In this document: positions 1 to 13,329 of the stretch, one piece after another
Layout: each line of letters opens with the position of its first letter
Position numbering within the stretch: the first letter of the stretch is position 1
NCBI RefSeq assembly: GCF_006345805.1
Contig: NC_043007.1
Span: forward strand, 16,430,001-16,494,000
From: Octopus sinensis
Taxonomy: Eukaryota
Direction: 5' to 3'
DNA length: 64,000 bases
Made by a program: the position numbers and the translations under genes
The notes under the pieces: model-generated
Told to the model about the DNA's origin: nothing
The model's input: the letters and a program-made list of their open reading frames with translations, nothing else
The model's database searches: none

Positions 1-1076
1 CCCTCCAGGGCCAATAAAATAAGGCACCAAACTAATACTGGAGGTCAATGTACTCAACTAACCTCAACCCACTAAAATTGTTGATCTTATACAATTAGTA
101 TTAGAAACAATTAGTATTAAGTTAGTGTTCCAAAACCTGTCTATATAATGAGGTTGTTTATTTTAATAATCTTTCGAAAGTCTTAATTATTTCCAGAATT
201 AGTTAAAAAACACATAGACGATGTATTTCTATAGAAATATGGGTCATGAAAGTGTTAAGGTGTTTGAGACAATTGAATTTACCACAGAATATAAATTAAA
301 AGTAATGAATCCTACTTAGGTAGTTTATTGGGGTACCATTGAAGATTTTTTTTTCTCTTTCATGCAGTGAATGGTGCAAATCAAGGCATAAGAGATAGAC
401 ACACTGAAGCAGTTTTCCCACAACTGTTGCCAGGCCTATATTAGGATCTTGGCATAGTACTGCAAAATGCAGAGCTCTCACACTTCTCTGTTCACAGCTG
501 TATGGTGTACTCCTTTGAACACTTATGTACATATTGATAGGTACCCTGGTGGTTTGCTGATTTTTAGGAGTGGTTGGCGTTAGGAAGGGCATCCAGCCGT
601 AGAAACACTACCAGATCTGACTGGGCCTGACGAAGCCTTCCAGCTTCACAGACCCCAGTTGACCCGTCCAACCCATGCTAGCATGGAAAACGGACGCTAA
701 ACGATGATGATGATGATGATGATGTACTGCAAAATTCCAGGGGCCTTGATCTAGTTTTTATTTCTTGTATCATATCTACAACTGTCATCGTATATATGTA
801 TGTGTGTGTATATGTTTGTGTGTCTGTTTGTCCCCACCAACATCACTTGACAACCAATGCTGGTGTGTTTACACCCCCTTAACTTAGCGGTTCGGCAAAA
901 GAGAACAATAGAATAAGTACTGGGGTTGATTTGCTCGACTAAAGGCAGTGCTCCAACATGGCCGCAGTCAAATGACTGAAACAAGTGAAAGAGATCTGTA
1001 TAAATTATAGTTTAAATGTTGCATACTTTATTTATTTTTTTGTTACTCATTCTTTATTTCTCTCTTTCTTTCTCAG

Positions 1077-1245
1077 GCTTAATGGTTGCTATGAAGCCCT
1101 TAAGGGTGGAAATAGCTCTGAAGCTATGGAAGATTTCACTGGAGGTGTTACAGAAATGTTTGACCTCAGAGAATCACAAGATAAACTGTTCCAAATCATG
1201 TTGAAAGCTTTCCAGAGATCTTCTCTCATGGGATGTTCTATTGAT
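1077..1245 (+). CDS. CAPN-like: Calpain exon, protease core (K)[56 protein letters not shown]
   Basis: Pyrimidine tract + tctcag acceptor, GTAAGT donor, 169 nt (phase 2 to 0). The YEALxGG, EDFTGG and LMGCSID motifs are typical of calpain catalytic domains. Confidence 0.97.
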
Positions 1246-2079
1246 GTAAGTATTTGACGCTTGATAAAAGTAATTGGTTGTCAACGAAACTAATTGCTTG
1301 CAGAGATAGTTAAAATAATGAATGAGGGCAGTGACTAAATATTTTGTAATTAATGAAATTAATGAATACACATTTCAAAAATTACTGTTACAAGTACAGG
1401 CATAACTGTGAGGTTAAGCAGTTCACTTCACAACCCTGTAGTTTTGGGTTCAATCGCATTGCATGACATCTTGTGTAAGTGTCATCTTCTCTAGCCCCAG
1501 GTCAACCAATGCCTTGTGGGGTCATCTAGTAGTTGGAAACTGCAGGCAGTCCATCATGTTTGTGAGGGCTTGCAATGTGCAAATACATGAATATTCCATG
1601 CTGTCATACCTCGAGTGAAGTAGTGCTGATGTTAATGTTCTTTATTGACATTTTGACCAATTAGTGCAGGCTAAACACAGAGGGGACAAACAAGGACAGA
1701 CAAAGGGATTAAGTCGATTACATCGACTTCAGTGCATAACTGGTACTTAATTTATCGACTCCGAAAGGATGAAAGGTAAAGTCAACCTCGGTGGAATTTG
1801 AACTCAGAACGTAATGGCAAACGAAATTCCGCTAAGCATTTCGCCCGGCGTGCTAACGTTTCTGCCAGCTCGCCGCCTTTCTGTCATCATTCTGTCTCCT
1901 CCATACTTTCATGGGTTGAACAGAATTTGTTGAAGTAGATTTTTTATGGCCAGATGCCCTTTAAGATAATATAACCCTATGACTAGATATTTCCACATAA
2001 GACTGGAAACTGAGGGACACCATTGGCATGATGTTGTTTACATTTGTTTACAGCTATCATGTGATGGCAATGAGATAGT

Positions 2080-2113
<34 letters not shown>

Positions 2114-2311
2114 CACAGATATGTATAAACTAGTATTCTGTCAGTTATGATGACAAGGGTTCTAATTGAACTGATCAACAGAACAGCCCACTTGTGAAAT
2201 TAACGTGCAAGTGGCTGAGTACTCCACAGAAACGCATACCCTTAACTTAGTTCTTAGGGAACTGAGACACAGAATGTTACATAGGATGTGACAGGTACAA
2301 CTCATTTTTGC

Positions 2312-2790
2312 CAGCTGAGCGGAGTGGAGCAATGTGAAATAAAGGGTCTTGCACAAAGATACAACATGCTCTGGGAATTGAACTCGTGACCTTATGATTA
2401 TGAACTGAATGCCCTAACCACCAAACCACTCACCTTCACACACACACATATATATATACACATGCACACACACAACAGGCTTCATTTAGTTTCCATTTAC
2501 CAAATTCACTCTCAAGGCTTTGGTCAACCTGGGGCTATAGTAGAAAATGCTTGCCCCAAGCTGAGTGGACTGGAGCAATGTGAAATAAAATGTCATGCAC
2601 AAAGATGCAACATGATCTGGGGATTGAACTCGTGGCCTTATGATTATAAACTGAATACCCTAATCACTAAATCACTCACCTTCACATACATATATACGTG
2701 CACACACACAACAGGCTTCGTTTAGTTTCCATTTACCAAATTCACTCTCAAGGCTTTGGTCAACCTGGGGCTATAGTATAAAACGCTTGC
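2312..2790 (+). repeat. Local tandem duplication (period about 247 bp) spanning a junction of two SINE fragments
   Basis: AGCTGAG(C/T)GGA(G/C)TGGAGCAATGTGAAATAAA recurs near 2312 and 2559; CAACAGGCTTC...GGGCTATAGTA is also duplicated. Confidence 0.7.
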
Positions 2791-4051
2791 CCTCAAGTGT
2801 CATGCAGCAGGACTTCACCTTAGTCTATGTTGTTGGCAAGCAAACTTCTTACCACCCAACCACAGCTTACAGCTAACTGAATCAATAATCTTTTTCTCTG
2901 TGTGTAGTTTGGAGCCATAACAGAAAGCATTATTCATTCAATTGTCTTACTTTCACTTTCTGTTTGCACTGCACCAATCAGCACAGGTCAGAGTGCTTTG
3001 GCAACCCTGCTGTTTTCTTTATGCTGTGTTTTTCTATTGTATTAAAGGTTCTCTCTGTGTTTAGTACCTTGTCTTTTGTGTTTAGTATCCTATGTTTTGA
3101 ATCAGTTCTGAAGTATGGGTTCTATTATATAATTATTGGTACTTCAGTTGCTGTAGACTATGTCTTTGGATTCATTTTTTACCACCTATTGGCAAAAATT
3201 TGTATAAAGTTTCTTATAAGCTTTCCTGTAATTCCCATTAGACCTAGTAAGATAAAGATGAATGCATACGTATGTGTGTGAGGCTTGCATACAGTTTCTA
3301 TCTACCAAATTCACTTGCAAGACTTTCGGTTGACCCAGGGCTTTAGAAAATGGTAGAAGTGGGCCAGTCAATCGGATTGACTCCAGTACGCAACTGGTAC
3401 TTAATTTATCGACCTCGAAATGATGAAAGACAAAGTTGACCTCGGCGGAATTTGATGAGACACAAAAATAATGCGAAGATTAGTGCCATCAAAAAGTAAG
3501 AAAAAAATGAAAGAAAAAATTGAAAAAAACAAACAAGCAAATAAATAAAAACAGTCAGATTTGGTCTGAAGGAAATGGTAGAATAGCAGAATATAGCAGG
3601 CTATAAGTCGCATTGCAGATCACTTTGGCATAATACCAAATAAGTTTTCGGAAAGAGAATAATGAAAATATGAAATACCAAAAGAAAAAAAAAAAAATGT
3701 AAAGTAAACAGATTAATTTTCATTTCTAGTGTAGCAATGATATAAAGGTAACTAGAATGTCACCTGGGAATTACTTTAGAGAAGATATTAAGATAGGGAA
3801 AATACTTAAGTGAAAGAAGAATAACGAGGGGAAGAAGAAGAAGGTGTGTAGGAGTGAACAGCGCCTACATAATTAATTCTGTTTCTATGGCGATGGTAAT
3901 GAAGCTTGCAATTTTTATTACCCCTTGTTTCCATAGCAAAAACAAAAAAATAAAATATTGCTATTTTTATATATAAGAGGAAGTAAAAAAAACCCAAACA
4001 AAACAAAAAAAACTTCTCTCAGTATTTATGCTTTTGTTTTTGTGTATGTGT

Positions 4052-4629
4052 TTAACCCTTTAGCGTTGAGTTTCCTCTGTCAAATGCAAGGTTTATTTCA
4101 TCACATTGTTTTGGGTTAATCATGCATTATTTCATACCTTCACGGTTTTGCTGATGGGGGTTATTTATTTTTAGAATGACATTGTAGGGTAGGTGTGAGA
4201 GGCTGGATCTGGCCAGTTTGAGCATAAAACAAGTAGAAAGCACCATCTGTTCGTGGCCGTTGCCAGCCTCGTCTGGCCCCTGTGCCGGTGGCACGTAAAA
4301 AAGCACCATCCGATCGTGGCCGTTTGCCAGCCTCTTCTGGCCCCCGTGCCGGTGGCACGTAAAAAGGCACCATCCGATCGTGGCCGTTTGCCAGCCTCGT
4401 CTGGCACCTGTGCCGGTGGCACATAAAAAACACCCACTACACTCATTGAGTGGTTGGCGTTAGGAAGGGCAGCCAGCCGTAGAAACATTGCCAGATCAGA
4501 CTGGGCCTACTGCAGCCTTATGGCTTCCCAGACCCCAGTTGAACCGTCCAACCCGTGCTAGCATGGAAAGCGGACGTTAAACGATGATGATGATGATGAT
4601 GATGGTCAGTTTAAATACTAAAGAGTTAA
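4052..4629 (-). mobile_element. piggyBac-type MITE (family B) interrupted by a (GAT)n-tailed SINE
   Basis: TTAA-CCCTTTAGC left end and degenerate CTAAAGAG-TTAA right end; SINE occupies about 4238-4603. Intact relatives at 41992-42219 and 46501-46729; 3' half at about 15985-16098. Confidence 0.8.
4238..4603 (+). mobile_element. (GAT)n-tailed SINE-like element (family A) with 5' tandem modules
   Basis: Core GTGGTTGGCGTTAGGAAGGGCA..., CCATGC-TA-GCATGG type 3' hairpin and (GAT)n tail. Other approximate copies: 566-724, 6872-7216, 18622-18817, 23585-24010, 25991-26320(-), 27340-27545, 29457-29795, 36345-36670(-), 38831-39064, 40042-40325, 44886-45314, 52180-52310. RTE-type tail is an inference. 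Confidence 0.85.
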
Positions 4630-4713
4630 ATTTTAATTTCAAATGCAACTTTATCAGTACTTGCCATGCTGTCCATTTGTTATACTTTCATATACAGCAT
4701 GTGTGTGTGTGTA

Positions 4714-5089
4714 TCTCTATATATATAAACGGCAAAATGTCTGTCTGTGTGTGTGTGTGTGTATCCTTTATACGAATCCACAATTTTTCAGTTAGAGGGC
4801 TCGCACTTTCTATGGTCATTCAAAACCATCCAAGGGTGTCATGCACATCTTTACATTTCCCCAGTCACCTCAAATAGCCATTAAAAAAATCAATAGAAGT
4901 GACTTTTTTGTGAATTTTCTATCCAAAACCCAATCAAAATGCCCGAAACTTGATACGCCAATTGAATGCCAGCTAGCTGTAAGTGATTGTTCAGAGATTT
5001 GGAGAGTACTCGCGTGTAAGTGCACACGCACGCAGCTGTATATGCATGCACTAGCACTTTGACCCGGAGTTGCCGGGTCATAGTGCTAG
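4714..5089 (+). mobile_element. Non-autonomous Helitron
   Basis: 5' A|TCTCTATATATATAAA, 3' hairpin TGACCCGG-AGTTG-CCGGGTCA followed by CTAG|T, inserted between A and T with no TSD. Confidence 0.8.
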
Positions 5090-5793
5090 TATGTATATAA
5101 AATAAAATAAATGTTATAGTATAGTAGAAAGGATTATTTTTATGTCGCAGATTTAACAAAGAATTTATATTTTACTTGTTCCAATCTTTGGGCTGTGGCA
5201 ATGCTGGAGCACTACCTTCAAAAGTTTAGTCAAACAAATCGATCCCAGTACATTTTAAAGTTTGGTACTTATTCTATCCGTCCCTTTACCCAAACCCCTA
5301 GGTTATGACAATGTAAACAAACCAATACCTGTTGACAAATAATAGGGGGACAGACACACATGATAGGTTTCTTTCAGTTTCCATCAACCAAATTCACTCA
5401 TAAGGCATTGCTTGGCCTGGGGGCTATAGTAGAAGACACTTGCCCAAGGTGCCACACAGTGGGACAGAACTCGAAATCATGTGGTTCAGAAGCAAACTTG
5501 TTACCATACAGCCACTCCTGCACCTACTTCAGCAATTAAACAATATCAATTTTTAATAATTATCTATCATTCCTATCAAATATTTGCCCTAGTTGTGATA
5601 TAAACTGTGCAACGAGATGGTGATTAAACGAAAAGAGAAAGAGGAAGATGGTGGGGTGGAGGGCATGTTGTTGATCAAACTGTGATGAATGGGTATTGTT
5701 CTTGCTGATGTTTAACCCTAGGTCAGTAAGCAGACCTAAACATCCTATGATTTTGTTTTCAATTTTCTGTGATATTTGTTTTTCTTTTTCCAG

Positions 5794-5874
5794 GCTGATC
5801 CAAGCCAGTTAGAAGCCAAACTATCGAATGGACTTATTTGTGGCCATGCCTACAGTATCACATGTTGCAAATTT
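5794..5874 (+). CDS. CAPN-like: Calpain exon with catalytic His: ADPSQLEAKLSNGLICGHAYSITCCKF
   Basis: tttttccag acceptor, GTAAGT donor, 81 nt phase 0/0, GHAYS motif; in frame with the previous exon. Confidence 0.96.
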
Positions 5875-6127
5875 GTAAGTATTTCCATTAAATTATAATT
5901 ATTGCTATTATTTTAATTGTTGGTGTTATTGTTAGTAGTAGTATTATTGTTATTTCTGTTACTATTATTATTATTAATAGTTAAATTATTTAGGTTATTT
6001 TTTTATGTTTGTATTTATTCTGTTTATTTCTTTATATATACAATAACTAAACTGGTTATTATTTCAGAATTTCTCCTGATTAAACAAATGTATGGTTATA
6101 TACACACACATGGAAATTATATAGATA

Positions 6128-6178
<51 letters not shown>

Positions 6179-6269
6179 TATATCATCATCATCATCATCA
6201 TCGTTTAGCGTCCGTATATATATATAATTATATATCATCATCATCATCATCATCGTCGTTTAGCGTCCG

Positions 6270-6301
<32 letters not shown>

Positions 6302-7296
6302 ATGTATACATATATACACACACTCAGCCATCTTGTATTTTCATTGTTACTGATTATAATCAGCAAATTCTGGGAATACCATCTAATATTTTAGTCTATG
6401 TCCAATTTATTGCTTGCTTTAATAATAACAGTAATAATGTAATTGAATGTGTTAATCACAATAATAACGATGCTACCACTACAACTACTGCAACTTATAT
6501 TAACACTAATTACCGTAATGTCGTTCATGGAATAGTTTTGTATAACACTATGAAGATATGATAAACTGATATGTAGAATTCTGTAGAAAAAAGACTAACA
6601 TTTGCTATGCCTAACCAGCTTGTTTTCGGTAAAGTTATTTACAGAATTTGCTTTTAGAAGCTTGGTTTTGTTGTTGTTGTTTTTAATTAGACAAAAGGAG
6701 AAATTCCTATGAAACCCAAGCTAGGGAGACTGATGCAGCTGATGGATGCTCAGTTCGAACTTCTGTAGTTGTTTTCATTAGAAAACAAAAATATGGGTTC
6801 AATTCTGGAATAATGCAGTTTGGGAAAAGAAGAATTTGGATGGTGAGACATAGTAGAGGTTACAGGAGGAGACACTGGCACTTGTGCCTGTGCTAGTAGG
6901 GTGCTAAGAGCACCATCCGAGCGTGATCGTTGCCAGAGTGGCTAACACACCTCCGTGCCGGTGGCACGTAAAAGGCACCATTCGAGCGTGATCGTTACCA
7001 GCGTCGCCTTACTGGTACCTGTGCCAGTGGCATGTAAAAAGCACCCACTACACTCTCAGAGTGGTTGGCGATAGGAAGGGCATCCAGCTGTAGAAACTCT
7101 GCCAGATCAAGATTGGAGCCTGGTGCAGCCATCTGGTTCGCCAGCCCTTAGTCAAATTGTCCAACGCATGCTAGCATGGAAAGCGGATGTTAAATGATGA
7201 TGATGATGATAATGATGAATGTGAGTAGAGATGATGTGTAGAGCAGAGGAATAAGGACCGTGGAGGTAGTGACATAAGAGGCATATAAAAGAAATA

Positions 7297-7680
7297 GGAG
7301 GCGCAATGGCCCAGTGGATAGGGCAGCGGACTCGCGGTCATAGGATCGCGGTTTCGACTCCCAGACTGGGCGTTGTGAGTGTTTATTGAGCGAAAACACC
7401 TAAAAGCTCCATGAGGCTCCGGCAGGAGATGGTGGTGATCCCTGCTGTACTCTTTCACCACAACTTTCTCTCACTCTTACTTCCTGTTTCTGTTGTACCT
7501 GTATTTCAAGGGGCCGGCCTTGTCACTCTCTGTGTCACGCTGAATATCCCCGAGAACTACGTTAAGGGTAGACGTGTCTGTGGAGTGCTCATCCACTTAC
7601 ACGTTAATTTCACGAGCAGGCTGTTCCGTAGATTCGGATCAACCGGAACCCTCATCGTCGTAACTGACGGAGTGCTTCCA
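7297..7680 (+). mobile_element. tRNA-headed SINE (family D); near-identical copy at 59115-59496
   Basis: A-box-like TGGCCCAGTGG and B-box-like GGTTTCGA(C/T)TCC, followed by a shared body and 3' tail (...GTGTCTGTGGAGTGCTCA...ACGGAGTGCTTCC). Confidence 0.85.
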
Positions 7681-8943
7681 TCCATAAAAGAAATAGCATA
7701 TTCTGTGAGCTTATGATTGATGCAAACAGTGTATTGATGTATTGGCAGTCATTAGAGTGATGGATAGAACATTTTTTGCAGTATGTAGTCCATTTCTCTG
7801 TGTTCTGAGTTCAAATACAGCTGAAGTCAACTTTTCCTGGGTCAATAACAAATCTGGCTCAACAGTTGTGGATTGATGGGACTGTTAGAACAGAAGAGAT
7901 CCCTTGCATTATCTGTTCCGCTTGTTTGTCCCCTCTACGTTTAGCCCCTTGTGAGCAATAAAGAAATAAATTATCTGTTCTGCTCCTTTGTGTTCTGATG
8001 ACTGTCAGTGTCAGCACTAGTGGCCTGCTGTATCAGCTTAAGTTGGCAGTTTTTCTCTTAGATAAACATCATATACAGGTTTCATATAGATTATACTTGT
8101 TCACAGAAGATTAAATAAGTGTGGTATCATTAGCATTAGTGTGCAAATATGTGGAGAGGGCAGGCTGGCATGTATAGGCAATTGCCAGTCTTTCTAAAAA
8201 ATACCCTGCCTAAGCTTGCACATACATGTCAACATCGACTGACAGAGACCCTACTTAGTGGTTGACATTATTGATTAGTGAATCTTTGCTGATCAGTCCA
8301 ATGATTTTCTATGGATATAATTCATGGATGTTTGCAAGTGTAAACACAGCATCATCCAATATATGTGTAGGTATTACTAACATATGAATCTAACTTAACC
8401 TGAATAGTTGGATAGTTAAGAAGTTGGCTATGCAATGACAAACTCCCAAGTTTGACTCCATTGCACAGTGTTTTGAATAAGTGTCTTTTACCCTAGCATG
8501 GGGCTCAACCCAAGCCTTGTGAGTGATACTGGGTTGACAAAAAACTATGCTGAAGCCTACCAGATAAACTGTATCGGTAATTTAAAAGTTGTTCATTGCC
8601 ACACTGTATCATATTTATTCTGTCTGAGAATTACATTAAGGGTACCTAAAGAGACACATGCCTGTTGAATACTCCACCTAGTCACTTACTAATTCAATGA
8701 ACAGATGGTTCAGTTGACATAGCAACTAAATACTCATCATTGAAACTAACAGATGTCCATTTTAATTGAGCTTAGTAGAGGATCTGCTACTAATCAGAAC
8801 TGAAATAGTTGCTGGGCCTAAAGAGAAGTGTTTAGTCATTATGAAACAATTTTAATATTGTTATGTATTGTGAAATCCCCATGGGACATAATCAGATATC
8901 TAATATTGTAGTACCTTTGTGGGTTTTAGTTATGTATTGTAGA

Positions 8944-9117
8944 ATTATTTACATTATTTACATTCGATGGATATTTGTCCTCAGCTTATTTGTTGTTAAC
9001 ACGTTTCAGCTGATATACCCTCCTGCCTTCATCAGGAGGGTATATCAGCTGAAACGTTGTGTTAACAACAAACAAGATGAGGACAAATATCCATCGAATG
9101 TAAATAATGTAAATAAT
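8944..9117. repeat. Near-perfect palindrome with a minus-strand hammerhead core
   Basis: Left end ATTATTTACATTATTTACATTCGATGG is the reverse complement of the right end; minus strand reads CTGATGAAGGC...GCTGAAACGTGTT. Confidence 0.85.
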
Positions 9118-9448
9118 GTGCATAATTCCACATCTCTTAAATATAGAATTGTAGAACTATGGTTTCAAATTATTCTTCTTTGAGACATATTATGTCCTCA
9201 GACTTTTGAAGGAAGAGTCTATGTTGTCATATTCTCATGATTTCAAAGTCTCTCTTTTACAAACAATATATATCTGGTCTGAAATATTCAGATTTCATGT
9301 TGGTCATATCTGTACACAGATGGTTATGTTAGAAGCAAAGTGTGGTACTATTAGATTCAGTCTCTGTACATGTGGTTATAAGAGCAACTTTATCATTAAC
9401 TAGAAATGTTTGAAAATTTCATCCTATATTAGATGTATATATATATAT

Positions 9449-9479
<31 letters not shown>

Positions 9480-12400
9480 TATCTATATATATATACATAC
9501 ATACAAACATATATATATATATATATATATAATGTTGGAAGGGGCTAAAATTGTTGTGGTACCAGTTAACAGATAATGAAAGGAATGTCTCACATGTAGA
9601 ATAAATTAATAATATGCTTATAATAATAAAATACAATAAACCCCATCACTCATAAGTATATGTAAATAACATGTAGATAAAATAGATGTATGCATAGATT
9701 AACCTAGATTTAATAAATATTTCAAGTATTAATCTGTATTTGTAATATATTAGTAGTAGTAGTAGTATGATAAAAACAAATAACAAGCAAGGCTATTATA
9801 ATATGTTCAGACTATTAATTACATGTTTAGAAATGAAAAAAATGTTTTAATCGTTAGATGTACAATTGGTTTTGAACAGAGATCAAACCGATTAAAACAT
9901 TGTGTAGATATGAAGATAAAGGTTTTTTTCATTTCTAAAGGTGAAGTTAATGGTCCGGTTAGTTATAAATAACTAATCTCAACTAACAAGTAATTGTGTT
10001 TGAAATTCTGGAGAAAAATTCTTGAAACAAAAAAGCGATCAATTCCATATGTTGTTTAAATTAATTTACAGTTTACTGTTATTGGACATAATATTAATAA
10101 TAATTACTGCTTTGATATAACCAAGTGATTGTATTGTTATGTTTTGACATGTATTGTTTGTTATCCTGATGCTCACAGGCTTGTGTATTGGGTTTTACTT
10201 CTTACTCTTGTATAATAATTCTCAGTTTCAATCAGTAATTCTCTGTCTATTTTTATCTCTGCTACTTATTCTCAAAGGCTGAGATTCCTAGCTATGTAAG
10301 CCAAATTTTGTTTTCGTATTCAGCATTTAAAATGCTCACTATCTGCTTTCCACCTGCAACATAGCAATATTTATTCACAAATACACTTTCACTCACATAA
10401 ATCTATTATATATATATGTGTATATATCTTTCGTAGAATATTGTTATTATTGTTGCTGTTTTTATGGTTTTTGATTAAAGAGTGAAAAAAGAAACAGGGA
10501 AAAACCTCACATGTTTATTGTCTATGTTGGTTATTTTGAAATATTTATCTGTACCAAATTGATGCTTTAAGCTACATCTTTAGCACTCGGCAAAAGAAAA
10601 CATCTTTATCAAAGATGCCATAGAGCCAATGGAAACTGAGCTTCGCTACAATATTAATCAATGCTTTCTACATGCACAATATTTGCAACATATTGCTGGT
10701 AGTTTCTGTAGTAATTTGCAATAGCTTCTTCGTAGTTAGCTGCACTTAAATGCACTTAAATATTCTTTCTCCATCTTGGAGACAAAATAATTAAATTTTA
10801 AGCAATTTCTTACAGGCAAAAGAAAAATCCATTTTCTGTGTATTCTTTAAGTTTCTGGGAATTTCTTTTGTCTCTTGCATGACGGGTATTCCAAAAGCAG
10901 AAATAATGTCATTTGGGTCGTGTCAGCCTAAAAATATACTTATGGAACCGAGTTTGAAATGGGACATTATTATTATTATTATTATTATATGTTGTTGAAT
11001 GAAGACTAATTGTTTTAATTAATTTCCAGTTGATATCATTGCTGTCTGATCACGTGACATTATACGGTATTTTGCAGCATCTCTTTACATTTCATGTATT
11101 TCATGAGATGTCAAATAACTTAACAAAACTATCAATTTCACTAGAGTTGTTATTTATATGTAATGCACACTTGGTATTGTCATTGTTGATGACAACAGTG
11201 AGAACCCCCAGCAACATCACTACTGATCAGAAGACAAGCCCAGGATATTGAATTTCCCTATGAAACATCCCATTTATATAACCTGACCTTCTATAGTTGA
11301 AATCCCCACTAGATCTCCTGTTGCCTACCTATACTCAGTTCTCATTTTTTACCTTATAATCTTTGCCCCTTCTTATATTTCTATACCAACATAGACATTT
11401 CTCTCTGACATATCAGTTGGTAGTTTCTATAACCCGACACTTACACACCTTCTGCACTCAAAGCTACACTCAATAATCCCCTGTAGTTCACAGGTCACAT
11501 TCACTATTCCATATATATGTATACCCACATCTAGATTTTCTGTCTCTACTATATGAAATTGCAATCTTGTCTGGCGAATAAAAGAGCCCAGTAGTAACCA
11601 AATCTATTTTAATTTACACTGTACATTCTTAAAAAAAGGTCACATTAGGTAACATAACTCTAGAATCACAATGTCTTTGAAAACAGTCAGGTTGGTGCTT
11701 GTTGGAACCCCTTTAATCTTGGGTTTACTTGATGAGGATTGGCCTAGGATTAATCAGTATCATAATTTATATAAAAGGACTGATTTAACCCTTTTGATAC
11801 CAACCCACCTAAGACCACCTGTGAGCCTATGATACCAAATTTCTGATTTAATGTCATCTAATATACAATAATTTCATTATTATTAAATTAAAATTTTTCA
11901 TCAAAATTTCATGCTAATTTATGTTCTAGACACCAGCTTAATAAGCTCTTTGGTATCGCTAATAACATTACCAACATTAATTCTACCATTTGGTGACAGA
12001 ACTCCTCTGCTAGCTGCACTAAATCATCAAACCCTTACAAATCAAGCTAAAAATAGCAACCAAATATCCCTCCAATTACACCCAAATGTTTTTTTTATAA
12101 AACATAAAAAGAACAATAGCCCACAAAAATGAAGAATTTTTGAAGTTGTTAGTCCTCATTCAACAGAAAAAAAAAATTTTTTAAAGACTTTTTTGAGTTC
12201 AAATTATTAAAATAGTTCAGGTATATTCCTGTTTTATTTTAATTTTATTTCATTTTTTATTTTAATTTCCTAAACACACATGATGATCTTATTCAAATCT
12301 TTTATGTTGGAAAGGTTCACACCATCTTTTTTCTTTTTAATTTAAAAATTGTTTTATTCTTGTTCTGAGTATTAGTGGCATTTTCATTTTTTTGTTTTTA

Positions 12401-13329
12401 CTTTCAAACTAGTTTATATATATATATATATATATTGAATGATTATTGAATTCTGTTTACAAGCATTGTTGAAAATGGTTTCTTCTTTGTCAATAATTGT
12501 TAAAACTGGTTATTATGTTTATTCATATTTACTATGTACATATAACTGGCGCTGTCAGTTACAATGATGACTGCTCCAGTTGTGCCAATCAATGGAACAG
12601 CCTGCTTGTGAAATTAATGTGCAAGTAACCAATTCTCTTCGCTGGTCTGCAGTGGATCCCAAAGGATGTCCTCTTCGGAGAGCCTGTCGCAGGGCGGAGA
12701 AACAACAATTACTATACACACACATTATCAACCATGTGTGAAGGTGCATGACCAAGTGATTCAGGTGTTGTACTCACACTTGCAAGTTTATGGTTTCAGT
12801 TCCTAGACGAGGTGTGGTTGTGTAGTGTCCTTGAGCAAGACACTTCATCTCACAAGGCTCTGCAATCACGTCAGTGCCTGATGTGTGATACACTTCACCA
12901 TACACCTGTTCAAACAACATTGATTTAATGAAAGGTGTGACTTCATGTACAGCACATATATTTGATCGCTCTAAAACAAATCATTTATGCAAATTGATCA
13001 ACAAGAAATAGGAGAACTGTCTTTGTCGTACTACGAGTGACTACACTCAACATTTACTATGTACTTATGTTGCTTAAGATTTATATTTTAAAAGGGTTCA
13101 TCCCAAGGTCCTGTTATTTGAGTTGGTGTAATTTAACTTTACAGTTGGATCCCTTTTTTATTAGGTGTCAGCATGTCTGTTTAGGGATTTAGAAAGAATT
13201 TATTGTCTTTCTCTTACATTATATAATTATAGTTCAATGGTTTTGTATTTAAGGTATTCCTCTCATGTGAAACAAAACAAGGTGTATGAAAATGTGGAAC
13301 TCTTTAGAGATATCTCACTCGTACTCATA

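Noticed and set aside
11230-11310. Minus-strand GDFNY and NILGL motifs suggesting a LINE APE endonuclease fossil
   Set aside because: Motifs are too close together, need frameshifts, and lack supporting flanking motifs.
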